Assembly (NCBI GenBank): GCA_951406725.2
Contig: OX597817.1
Coordinates: 147,002,001-147,066,000 of the forward strand
Origin: Octopus vulgaris
Lineage: Eukaryota
DNA: 64,000 nucleotides
Direction of reading: 5' to 3'
Of the stretch, positions 28,813 through 40,815 are shown in pieces (the first letter of the stretch is position 1; every line of letters starts with the position of its first letter). Position numbers and translations under genes: made by a program. The notes under the pieces were generated by a model. The model did not search any database. It was not told the DNA's origin and saw only the letters and a program-made list of their open reading frames with translations.

Positions 28813-28986
28813 TATTGAATATAGTGAGCCAAAGCAAAATTTAATAAATAAAATTGCCTAACAATAAAAAGAAAAAAAAACCCATTAGCATTAATGGAAA
28901 TTATTTTCAGAGTCAAAGAGAACTTCGAAATTCAAAGTGACGAAAATTTAATGAGAAGTACACTGTTCGATGTACTTTTGCTATAT

Positions 28987-29026
28987 ACGGCTTCTTGGCC
29001 TTTTGGCTAAGATCAAAGTGTGGTAT
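28987..29026 (+). pseudogene. 5' fragment of U2 snRNA (about nt 1-40)
   Basis: GCTTCTTGGCCTTTTGGCTAAGATCAAAGTGTGGTAT versus canonical GCTTCTCGGCCTTTTGGCTAAGATCAA(A)GTGTAGTAT; similarity stops afterwards. Confidence 0.85.
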
Positions 29027-29505
29027 ATAAGGTGAAATCAACTGATTTGTTATGGCCGTCTTAGACTTCCTCTGTCTCTTATCATTAACGCTAATGATGT
29101 TCCTGTTCATTACAGGCATCATTATAATTGATTAAACATTTTTATCGCACTTCATTAAGTGTAGTAGCCCCAAACTCAATGAGAATTGTTATTTGTTATC
29201 AATCATCAAGATGCATCACCAAGCAAAAGTCTACGATCAATAGAAGAGTTTTGGTGATTACACGAAAACAATCGTCGGGTTTGTCTAATAAATACAATAC
29301 AGTTTTCTTGTTCGCTTACACATTATCCGATTAGATTACTCATAAGTCATTACGCAATGAAAAACAACTTTGTGAAAACTGTCATATTTTCTCTCTCTCT
29401 CTCTCTTGATATATATCCACGCATATATATATATATATATATATATGTTCATAAATATGTATGCATACATACATACATACATACATACATACATACATAC
29501 ATACA

Positions 29506-29541
<36 letters not shown>

Positions 29542-29597
29542 TTCATACGTACATATATATACATACATAATATATATATATATATAAATTTTTTTTC

Positions 29598-30112
29598 GTA
29601 ATGAGATAAAAAAAAACCAAGGCTGTGTACATTTTAAAACTTTTATAGAAAGAAGGACTTACAGCTGTTTCCAGGATATTTATTAGATCCCATCATCGGA
29701 GACGGTTAAGTAATAGTTAATTTAGATAAGATGCGAAATAGAGAGTGAGGTGGAGGAATGAAAATAGATGTGAGATATGCAAGGATATTGTATTTGTAGA
29801 TCCATTATTTAGGCAGAATGCTATACATATAAGATTCCACTACCTTGTAAATAAAACCCTTGATTCAAAAACACTGTGTATAAACTCTATACTTGGAATG
29901 ACCTATGTTAAATACTATTGGATTTCACTCATAAGGTATTGGAATCTTATATGTATACCATTTTGCCTAAATAATGGATCTACAAATTGCTTAACCATCT
30001 TCTCACACCGTCTCCGATGAAGGGATATAATAAATATCCTGGGAACAGCTGTAAGACCTTCTATCTATAAATGTTCTAAAATTTACAGAGCCTTAGTCTT
30101 TTATCTCATTAC
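29598..30112. repeat. Inverted pair of hammerhead-bearing modules (29598-29706 minus, 30007-30112 plus)
   Basis: Plus arm GTCT-CCGATGA-AGGGATAT...ATATCCTG-GGAACAGCTGTA-AGAC; the minus arm keeps GAAACAGCTGTA. Confidence 0.8.
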
Positions 30113-30237
30113 AGAAAACCTTTTTACCTGACACCTTTGGGTCTCACTGACACCATTGGGTCTCACTGACACCATTACCTTTCATAACCTCTCTCTCTCT
30201 ATATTCACACAAACTTATTTACATTTAAATATATATA

Positions 30238-30379
<142 letters not shown>

Positions 30380-30383
30380 TACA

Positions 30384-30446
<63 letters not shown>

Positions 30447-30450
<4 letters not shown>

Positions 30451-31751
30451 TCATTACTAAATCAATTGAATTCATCCTACACAATAACCACTTAATGTTT
30501 GACAATACATTTTACCGTCAAAAATCCGGAATTGCTATGGGTACAAGGGCAGCACCAGTCATTGCGAACTTAACAATGGGATACATGGAAATAATCATTT
30601 ACCAGGAATCTTTATCAATCTTTGGAAATCCCCTCTCTCAATACATTAAAGAGAACTGGAAACGATTCTTAGACGATTGTTTTATTCTCTGGAATGAAAA
30701 CACAGATAAACTCCTAAAATTTAAAAACCTATTGAACAGCATAAACCCAAATATACAGTTCACAATGGAATACAACCAAAAGGAGCTCCCGTTCTTGGAT
30801 ATACTAATTAAAAAAATTAACCTTAAAATAGAAACAGACATTTTCTACAAAGCCACAGACGCCAAACAATACCTTCTCTTTAATTCATGCCACCCAAGAC
30901 ACACTAAAACAAACATCCCCTTCAACCTTGCAAGAAGGATATGCACAATAGTGTCAGAACAAAATACCAGGAACTTTAGACTGCAAGAACTCAAAAACAC
31001 CCTAATTGACAGACATTACCCAGCTCAACTCATAGAAGATGGGATCAGACGTGCAACAGAAATCAACATAGAAACTTTAAGAAAAGTTCAACACAACAAC
31101 ACACCTTCCCCGAAAATACTACCTTACATATCTACACACAACCCCAGAAACAAAGAAGCCTTCACCATCATCACCCAGAATTTACCAATACTTCATAAAA
31201 ACCCCAAATTAAAGGAAATTCTAAACATACACCAAATCATTAAAAGCTACAAACAGCCTAAATCACTTAAAAAGATTCTCACAAAGGCAAAATTGTCTTC
31301 TGAAATTACGGATGCAAAAGTAAAAAAATGTGGTAGATCGAACTGTGCAACATGTCCTAACCTGCTAGAAGGATCAGAATTCCTCTTTAAAGAGGGACAG
31401 AAATTCAAGATCAAATCTAACTTTACTTGTGCCTCTGAAAACATAATTTATGTCATAAAATGCTCGGGCTGCCACCAAGACTACGTGGGTTCCACGGGAC
31501 TATCACTCAGACGTAGATGCACACTGCATCGACAACAGATTGCATTCCCAGAATATAGAATGATACCTTTTAGTGAGCACATTGAGAAATGCGCAAAGCA
31601 ACTACTACCACAATTTTTAATCTTTCCATTTTACCAATGTGCTTTCGGATCATCAACACAAATTAGACTAAACAAGGAAACATTCTTCATTGAAAAGTAC
31701 AAGCCCAGACTCAACCATCCGAACATACTGATACAGAGAAATTCACATTAA
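30447..31751 (+). CDS. Penelope-like element (Neptune-type) RT + GIY-YIG endonuclease, 5'-truncated but uninterrupted
   Basis: [31 protein letters not shown], zinc linker CGRSNCATC and [18 protein letters not shown]; the upstream part of the listed ORF is only (TA)n read-through. Confidence 0.93.
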
Positions 31752-31882
31752 GGGAAAGGAAAAAAAAATTTAAGCGATTATCTCCCTTACACCGGAAGAA
31801 ATCACCCACTACCTTCCCTTATTTAGAACTCTCCGGAGCATAAACACAAGGATAACTCTATTAAACATAAGCATAACGTCAC

Positions 31883-31921
31883 AAGAAGTTTGAAAAGCTA
31901 AATGCGAAACCGGTCTTTCTT
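31883..31921 (+). ncRNA. Minimal hammerhead with U3-A8 core in the PLE 3' region
   Basis: AAGAAG-T-TTGAAAA-GC taaat GC-GAAACCGGTC-TTTCTT. Confidence 0.65.
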
Positions 31922-32207
31922 TAAAAATTATGTCATTATAAAGGAAAAAAAAAAAAAAAAAAAAGAATTTCTAATTTTCTTCAGACATATTGACGCAAAT
32001 ATATATATTTTTTAACATTTAAGCCTTCTGTCGTTTTTTCACTCTTTACTATTTCTTATATATTCACCCACGTGCTTTCACAAACCAACTTTCTTATCTA
32101 TATATATAAATATATATATATATATATACATACAAATATACATATACATGCATATATATGCATACATATATATATATATATACAAATATACATATATATA
32201 TATACTA

Positions 32208-32267
<60 letters not shown>

Positions 32268-32623
32268 GTATATATATATACACATATATGTATGTGCATG
32301 TGTGTGCGTATGTGTGGTTATACATGCATATCTTCATTGATATATACAGACATGCATACATACATTGAATATATAGCACAACCGTGGAACACTCACATGC
32401 CCCACTCGGAGTGTCACAGCAGTCAGAGTTATGAAGTTAGCTAATTTCCAATCGATAATCAACGCACATGCTACCATTCATCAGTTGTCGTACGTGACTA
32501 TTTCAGATTTTTCCATGTGTGTATTATATACTTACATATAATTCTGTATTCCAATAACATTGAGTTCCATTTCCTATTTTGCATTTCCTTTTATGCACGT
32601 GGTTTATCGAGTATACACACACG

Positions 32624-32663
<40 letters not shown>

Positions 32664-32716
32664 ATTATATTTCTTCCCTACCAAGAATTCACAACGGCCT
32701 CGGACCCACAAGAGTA

Positions 32717-32757
<41 letters not shown>

Positions 32758-32901
32758 AAGAGAGAGAAAGAGAAAGAGAGAGAGAGAGAGAGAAACAGAC
32801 AGAATCAAGGAAAATGCCACTTGTATTTGAACACTATGCAAATATTCTTTTAAAAATCTTTTCTTTTATTTTTTCCAAAATTTAATTGTTTCCCATACTT
32901 A

Positions 32902-32937
32902 CAGTTGAAAAAGCATGAATTACTGAAACCGGTACTG
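32902..32937 (+). ncRNA. Minimal hammerhead with U3-A8 core in a solo PLE-end fragment
   Basis: CAG-TTGAAAA-AGCA tgaat TACT-GAAACCGGTA-CTG. Confidence 0.65.
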
Positions 32938-33179
32938 AAATGTTTTTTATAAAATTATATTAGCATTCTCTACCTTGACCTTTTTTCCATATATATCAAC
33001 TCGTGTGTTCCTTTTCAACCTTCTACACACACACACACAGAGGCACACACACACACACACACAGACATATATATACGTGTGTGTGTATGTATGTATAAAT
33101 GTAAGTACTTATGTATGTATGTATCTATTTATGTCAGGTCACTTTCGAGTACTACTGGTAACATGTAACATGTACAGCC

Positions 33180-33644
33180 TGTTGCATGGTCGGGTCGTCG
33201 GCGACTAAACCGGCAACCCCACCAACCTTGCTTGGTGAGGAGGGTGTTTATTGGACACCCTGCGTGATGAAAAGCAAAACCCGTCAAAAGGCGGAGGAAC
33301 TTTTGAGAGTTAATGGCCATCCAATAAATGTCTTAAGGCTGTATCATGCGTGGGGACATAGAAATAATCGGACTGAATACCCGATCGCACGGTTAAACCA
33401 TTATGAGTGAAGGACTCCTAGCCTTTGTTAGGGTATCATTCTAGGAGAAGGTAACTCAGGTAACTGGGATAACTCCGACATAAAACCTGCGGCTCAGTAG
33501 TTACCGATGATGTTGACTTAGTGAGTGGGATTGACTCAGTGCACCGCCTTTCCTCAATTAAAAAAAATTTCCTTGCATTGCACGATAACAACATTGATTA
33601 AGCTTCGTGCAATGGCCATACTCGATAACGAGGGGGTAGCCTCC

Positions 33645-33650
<6 letters not shown>
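33180..33650 (+). mobile_element. Probable RTE-related non-autonomous element
   Basis: GC-richer block with TCTAGGAGAAGGTAACTC, reminiscent of RTE 5' regions, ending in (TA)n; assignment is from memory only. Confidence 0.35.
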
Positions 33651-33704
<54 letters not shown>

Positions 33705-33785
33705 GTAGGGAAAGCAAGTTAGTCAGATAAATATATAAAATGTATTAACCACATGAAATAAAAAATGTATATATGTATACATATA

Positions 33786-33948
33786 AAAAATTTCGACTTA
33801 CACAGAATAGAAAAAAATATAGAGTTAAAGGGATTGATCAGCAGTATTTCAAATCCAACAGCTGTTTCAGAGGGAAACAGCAGTTGGATTTTTAATATTG
33901 TTCCTTATCCCCTTTAACTCTCTGCATCAATTCTAAGTCGGAATTTTC
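33786..33948. repeat. Imperfect fold-back palindrome centred on hammerhead stem III half-sites
   Basis: ...AATCCAACAGCTGTTTC agagg GAAACAGCAGTTGGATT..., with outer arms AGAGTTAAAGGG/CCCTTTAACTCT and TCGACTTA/TAAGTCGG. Confidence 0.7.
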
Positions 33949-33954
33949 ATATTC

Positions 33955-34268
33955 TTTTATTCTTTTATTCTATCCGTCCCTTTTGCCGAACCGCTATGTA
34001 ACTGGAACGTAAACACACCAGCATTGGTTGTCAAGCGATGTTGGGGGTAGAAACACAGACACACAAACACATGCATATACATACATATATATATATATAT
34101 ACGCGACGGGCGTCTTTCAGTTTCCGTCCACCAAATCTAGACACAAGGCCTAGGTCGGCACGAGGCAATAGTAGAAGACACTTGCCCAAGATCCCACGCA
34201 GTGGGACTGAAACCTGAACCATGTGGTTGGTAAGCAAGCTACTTCCTACGCAGCCACACCTGCGCCTA
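33955..34268 (-). mobile_element. SINE family B
   Basis: Reverse-oriented head and body. Confidence 0.8.
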
Positions 34269-34469
34269 TGGTGTATACATATATACTTCTTTTGTATGTC
34301 ATGTATTTAATATACTTTATAAATTGACTTGTGTAACATGCTAATCGCTACATTTACTTCTATGCCCGCTGGAGTTCAAATCTCTAGAGCATTGCTAAGT
34401 GTATTCTATGCAGAGAACATTTCATTCTCATCTATAAGCTACATATATATATATATGATTTATTCACAA

Positions 34470-34540
34470 GCGTCCGTGGTGTAACAGTTAGCATGGTTGC
34501 CTTCCAAGCAGTCGATCCGGATTCGCTCCCGGCCGACGCA
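34470..34540 (+). tRNA. tRNA-Gly(TCC) pseudogene
   Basis: GCGTCCGTGGTGTAACAGTTAGCATGGTTGCCTTCCAAGCAGTCGATCCGGATTCGCTCCCGGCCGACGCA; TCC anticodon; lesions in the acceptor stem, D loop and B box. Confidence 0.85.
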
Positions 34541-34980
34541 GGCGATAGCTTTTTACATCTGGAAGATCCTGGAAGGATTTGTCCCAAACTTTGACATCGA
34601 GAGTTACACAAATACTAGAACTGGGCCTCACTGTATAGTGCCAAGGACTCCAAATTTGCCATCAATATGTAGGACAAGATACTACAATAGCCTGGGCTTC
34701 AGAGGTCCACAGTTCTTCAATATCATCCCGAAGGACCTGAGAGACCTGCATGGGGTGGATGTAGGTGTCTTAAAAATAAAGCTGGACCTCTTCCTGTCAA
34801 GTATCCCAGATGAACCAACATCGCGGCAGGAGGTGCAGATGAGGGCAGCTGCATCAAACTCTCTCATGCACTAAATGCCAATTGCTAAAAAGCATTCGTG
34901 AAGTAAAATTATGTAGCAACACCAGATGGCGATGCCCCAGCATGGCCACAGCTCGTGAGCTGAAACTAGATGTAAAAAAA
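34541..34980 (+). mobile_element. CR1/L2-group LINE 3' end (ORF2 C terminus, 3' UTR, A tail)
   Basis: YIWKILEGFVPN...FRGPQFFNIIPKDLR...KIKLDLFLSSIPDEP; overlaps in homology with the 8810 fragment (VWKSLEVLARNYDIKSY). Confidence 0.85.
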
Positions 34981-35579
34981 TGCTAGGAGCTATAGTGTAA
35001 GGTGCTGCGCATTGGAACTGAACTCAAAGGCGAATAACTGCAAAGCAACCCTCCTTACAAGCTCTCACACACGCGCGTGCACACACACATATGCACGCAC
35101 ATTGTTAGTGAGGGCAGCTGTTCATTTTGCTTTTGTTTCAGTAAACTTCACCAGCGCCCAGTGAACAAAACTTTATCTGGATGCGTTCTCGTGTGACTTA
35201 ATGTGATACAAATTTACGAAAATTCTATTTAATTCCTTTAACGATCCGAAGAGCAAAAACAGTTTTATTAGGTCACATGACTTGATCAGGTGCTACAAAT
35301 GAATTGACGGTGTAAAGAATTTTAAGAAACCTTCCTTAAAAAAATGTCTAAAAAAAAAGAGAGTAACTTTTAAGAGCAAATTTAAATTATTCAAACATTG
35401 TTCTTATTAATTTTTAATGAATCTCAGTTGTTTTCTGTTGGTGTGTTAGTTTAAGTCGAACACCAAGGGAAGGTGTACACGTGTTTGGTATCATTCTCGC
35501 ACACATAGCACCAATTATCTTGACCACTGACCCGTACGGAATCACATTAAGCTGTATGCGCATGAAAGACTTAATGTGC

Positions 35580-35738
35580 TGATAACAACAGCAGCAGCAG
35601 CAGCAGCAACAACATCCACATCAACAATAAGAATATCAATGGTAATAATAGCAATAACAATAATGATGATGACAATAATAATAATGATGATGATGATGAT
35701 GATGATAATAATGGCAACAACAACAACAATAATAATGA

Positions 35739-35770
<32 letters not shown>

Positions 35771-35807
35771 GTAATAATAATAATAATAATGATAATAATG
35801 ATAATGA

Positions 35808-35897
<90 letters not shown>

Positions 35898-35900
35898 TGA
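35580..35900. repeat. Compound (CAG)/(ATG)/(AAT) microsatellite
   Basis: Directly visible. Confidence 0.95.
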
Positions 35901-36014
35901 TAATTTCAATTATTTCTTGCAAGAGGTGCATATATTCATAAAACACGACAACAGAAGCAAAAATAACAACATTAATAATAACAATAATAAATCTGTGGGT
36001 ATGAAGATACTATA

Positions 36015-36290
36015 GATGATATTAGATTGCTGAGGGATAATGAAGGATACAAGTAACCAGAGGTGTTGCAGAATGATAACATAGGAAAAATATATGAGAA
36101 ATTCTCCAAAGAATACAAGAGAAGGATTGGGAAAGCACTCTAAACTAAACTAAATAGAGGGAATGGCATCAAGGCAATGAGATCATGTCCCATTCCAGTG
36201 TTAAGAGATTCATTTCCTTTTTTTCTAAAGTGGACAAAAGGCTACAAGAACCAGATTGAAAAGCTGGGAAGTTGTTCAAAATGTACGACC
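36015..36290 (+). pseudogene. R4/Dong-like LINE RT fragment
   Basis: Translation EGYK*PEVLQ...KEYKRRIGKAL*TKLNRGNGIKAMRSCPIPVLRDSF resembles the R4/Dong YKYLG...RR...KLN..N.IKAIN..A.PVL.YSF pattern; lies beside (TAA)n. Confidence 0.6.
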
Positions 36291-36349
36291 TGGGCCGCGG
36301 TAATGGTAATACCGACCGTTTCTGATTACTAAGAAGGGAAAGATTACTT

Positions 36350-36610
36350 AAGGCGGCGAGCTGGGCAGAAACGTTAGCACGCCGGGCGAAATGCTTAGCG
36401 CTAGTTCGTCTGTCGTTACGTTCTGAGTTCAAATTACGCCGCGGTCGACTTTGCCTTTCATTCTTTCGGGGTCGATTAAATAACTACCATTTACGCACTG
36501 GGGTCGATATAATCGACTTAATCCGTTTGTCTGTCCTTATTTGTCACCTCTGTGTGTAGCTCGTTGTGGGCTGTAAAGAAATAGGTATTTCATCTGTCTT
36601 TACGTTCCGA
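36350..36610 (+). mobile_element. SINE family C, cut off at the hammerhead element
   Basis: Head plus one unit; ends at TACGTTCCGA. Confidence 0.85.
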
Positions 36611-36847
36611 ACATTATTTACATTTGACGGGTATTTGTCTTGATCTTGTTTGTCGTTAGCACAACGTTTCGGCTGATATACACTCCAGCCTTCATCAGGT
36701 GTCTTGGGAAAGTTTGGAACCTGGCTTCTCATTCCTAAGTTATTTTTCGATGTTATTGTATACCCGTGGGGATATGGTGTAGTGGTTAAGAGCGCGGGCT
36801 ATTAACCCCAAGATTCCGAATTCAATTCAGTGACCTGAATAATAATA

Positions 36848-36882
<35 letters not shown>

Positions 36883-36884
36883 TG

Positions 36885-36915
<31 letters not shown>

Positions 36916-36917
36916 TG

Positions 36918-36970
<53 letters not shown>

Positions 36971-37125
36971 GTCGAAAAATACATTAGGAATGAGAGCCTA
37001 GGTTCGAAAATTCCCCAAGACACCTGATGAAGGCCGGAGGGTATATCAGCCAAAACAAGATGAGGACAAATATCCATCAAATGTAAATAATGTACATAAT
37101 TCCTCATCTCTTAAATATAGAACTG
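36611..37125 (+). mobile_element. tRNA-headed, (AAT)n-linked, hammerhead-tailed element with an inverted copy of the tail at its 5' end
   Basis: Inverted tail 36611-36757; head TGGTGTAGTGGTTAAGAGCGCGGGCTATTAACCCC...AATTCAATTC near 36775-36830; (AAT)n; tail 36970-37125. Confidence 0.75.
36660..36701 (-). ncRNA. Minimal type I hammerhead ribozyme
   Basis: Minus: CAC-CTGATGA-A-GGCTG gagtgtatat CAGCC-GAAACGTT-GTG. Confidence 0.8.
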
Positions 37126-38779
37126 AATAATGATGATTCTTTTATTATGTCACATGGCAACCGGTGAGGGAAGAACACGCGGACACGTTACAAAACAATA
37201 ATTAAAATAACACACCAATGGCTGACATCTCTGAGGACTTTCTTCAGCAGGTTCATCACCATATATTCTGAGAGTATAGTCATGTCTTGATTCGCACAAT
37301 TTATTCTGTTAACAAGTCTCATTTTCATATTGCCATACAATATATATATGAATGGCAGAAGATGCAGTACATTTGGTATGAAGTGTCAGAAACTAAGGGA
37401 AGCCCTCTCAAGTCTGAAATAAAATAAAAATAGCCTTCCATTTATAAATTAGCAATTTATTTACCTTAATTCCTTAGAAGCAAAAGATGGAAAGAAGAAT
37501 ATATGATAACATTAAAATTCAGCTCTCAGTTACCAGAATAATACTAGAAAGGCATGAAAAACAAGTAAAATAACGTTATAAAAATGGTTTTCAACAGTGA
37601 TTCTTAAATAATGTAGAATATGCATGCTATCAGTGGGAGATCGTAAAATTCCCGGAAAGTGAAAACAAAACTCGCATAAAGTCAGCAGAAAAGTATGACT
37701 GTGACGGAAAATGTACGAAATAAAAATATTCCAAGATGGTCTACACATATCCACGGTATTCCGCTTAGTACTTACTTCCTTGAACATCATATTCAATAAA
37801 AACATATTGGATTATGAGATGGATCGACAAAACGTAATGATCTTACATATACGTACTAACTATATAAAATGGTTCATAATGCTGGGATCATAAACGGAAG
37901 CATTATTGTACGCCATGAAATTATTTAAAGCCGATATGTATATAGATTTTTCTGTAGCAAAAATTTCTGGAATATATCTATGCGATTGAAACTTACCATG
38001 CCTAAAACAGTGCGTAAGAAAAAAATAACATAATTATAAAAGTTTCATAAAATATATGGAAATGAAACGTAAAATTTCATCGTTCACTAAGATTAGCTAC
38101 CGAATTCGATCACAGTGTTGAAATAAAAAAATATTAGAGGTACTAGATATACAGTTGAGACATAACTCTATCCCAGTGAGTACAAGGGAAGAACAACTGT
38201 CAAAATGCTATTAAAGTAAGAACAATAACTTAGGATTTCTTAGAGAAACCCGTAGAAATAAAAGTAAAAAACCACTATACCACCAAAGTTAAATATACTA
38301 CATAACACAAATATGCTAACATTTAAGGTAGAAGATATTGAAAACAATTTATTCAAGAAATTGGTGGAAAATGGACATTGTATAATATTGGCTTCAAATT
38401 TTGGTACAAGGCCGGAAATTTTTTGGGAAGATGGAAGTCGATTGCATCGATTCCAGTGCTCAACGAGTACTTATGTTATCGACCCCGAAGGGACGAAAGG
38501 CGAAGTCAACCTCGATGGAATTGGAACTCAGAACATAAAGACAGACGAAATGCCACTAAGCATTTTGCCCGGCGTGCTTAACGATTCCGCCAGTACGTTT
38601 CCCTTCGCTTACGTCTCCCACACTCTTCTCTCAATTCATAAGGGATTTGCTTGCCAGTATTTCTAATAATAAACACTCCACTTCACACAACTTTAACCCT
38701 CTCAACACAGATGTTATCTTTAAGAAACTCAGATATCTCATTAGAAAGATACATAACTTACATAAACATAGACCACGGA

Positions 38780-38996
38780 TACTTCATTTGTTTCAGTCAT
38801 TTGACTGTGGCCATGCTGGAGCACCGCCTTTAGTCGAGATAATCGACCGCAGGACTTATCTTTGTAAGTCTAATACTTATTCTATCGGTCATTTTTGCCA
38901 AACCGCTAAGTTACGGGGACGTAAACACAAGAGCATCGGTTCTCAAGCGATGTTGGGGGGGCAAACACAGACACGCAAACATACACACACACATAC

Positions 38997-39029
<33 letters not shown>

Positions 39030-39075
39030 TGTATGTATGTATGTATGTATGTATGTATGTATGTATGTATGTATG

Positions 39076-39130
<55 letters not shown>

Positions 39131-39293
39131 GACGGGCTTCTTTCAGTTTCTGTCTACCAAATCCACTCACAAGGCTTTAGTCGGCCCGAGGCTATAGTAG
39201 AAGGCACTCGCCCAAGGTGCCACGCAGTGGGATTGAACCCGGAACCATGTGGTTGGTAAGCAAGCTACTTACCACACAGCCACTCCTACGCCT
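38780..39293 (-). mobile_element. SINE family B, full length
   Basis: Head to tail in reverse, with expanded internal (TATG)n(TA)n. Confidence 0.85.
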
Positions 39294-40404
39294 ATTTATA
39301 ATTGTTATAGGACCTCCAAGACTCCATTAATTGTATCATGATGCAATTGCTACACATATCAAGGAAGCAATCATCTACTCGATAAAACCTTAAATTAAAG
39401 CCCACAAATGCTTGGTTTCACGATATGTTGCAATCTTTTCATTGGTCGTCCCACATAACATTTTCACATCGACATCTCAGCTCACTCATTATGTAATACA
39501 TTAAACCTACGAGCCTACATTACAAAACAAATTCACTGACGGCCAAAAGAAAGAGGAGCAGTAGTCAGGGACTTCGGAGACGCGTCCAGAGTGGAGAGAT
39601 TATGCGGTTGGTGTCTTGCCTTAAACAAACAGAGGAAAGACATTGACAGAGAGGGAACCAGGGTTCTGCTTCTTATACTCGGGGTAGACCGAAACATGTT
39701 GAAAGTAGGTGTGTACCAGGTTGTGCTGTCCGAGTAGGCCCCTGTGTCAGAAGAGTTTCTGTATCTTAGAATAAGCGAGCTCCATACCTTTGACCCAGTT
39801 TCGTCACGAAAGATAAATTTAGCATCCTTCTTTCACTATCCACACTCTGTCTCACTTTTCACACTGAATAATTTATGCTAACCATTCACTTCGAGAGCAA
39901 CATCTCTCTGGAATATTCTCGTTCTGAATGTTTACCTAGAGGCGTTGATGTATGGAAGTGGAAGTTTAACACCAGTTGCATCGATGTGTCGAAACGAGGC
40001 CAAGGAGGGAATTCCAGGGTCATGCAATACATCGCTTCCAGTGATAAAGAGTTAAGAAAAACAAACAATCAAGACAATTATTAATCTTTTAGTTTCATGT
40101 TTACACATTGGTGATTTAAAGAATTAATTAATACATAAACATTGAGGAATAAATGTAGAAATTAGTATATAATTTAATCCCATGTCGATAGCGAAGGATG
40201 TTGTCAAGTATCTCTATTTATATACGGAACCAATTACTCCTACACATGAACACTCACGCTCTCTCACTTTCTCCCTCCCCCTGTTTCTCCCCCTCCCCGC
40301 TCTCTTCATCTTTCTCTCCCCTCTATCTCTCCCTCTCTCTCCGACGTTCACCCTCACCCACATATACTCACGTATCTGGCAATGTTTGAAACATTATCTA
40401 GGCT

Positions 40405-40549
40405 TAGGAGGCATGTCTATGTGGTTGAGAAGCTCGCTTTGAAATCACACGCTCAGTGAGTTCAGTCCCACTGCGTCTTCTACTATAGCCCCTAGTCAAC
40501 AATGCTTTGTGAGTGAATTTGTTGATCGGAAACTGTGTGGAAGCCCGTC

Positions 40550-40601
<52 letters not shown>

Positions 40602-40766
40602 GAACAGAAATGATGTGAGATGGTTAAATAGAGGTAAACATTTACCTCTATCTGATGAAGGGATATCCATAATATCCCCGAAACAGCTGTAAGACTATAT
40701 CCATATATCTTTCCCTATAAATGTCCTGAAAACGCCTCACGGTCTTGGCTTTGTTATCTCTTTTTG

Positions 40767-40815
<49 letters not shown>

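Noticed and set aside
34470-34540. Functional tRNA-Gly gene
   Set aside because: Acceptor C-C mismatch, altered D-loop G, damaged B box, and direct fusion to LINE sequence
39500-40084. Complex sequence with short ORFs on both strands
   Set aside because: No recognisable motif or convincing splice sites
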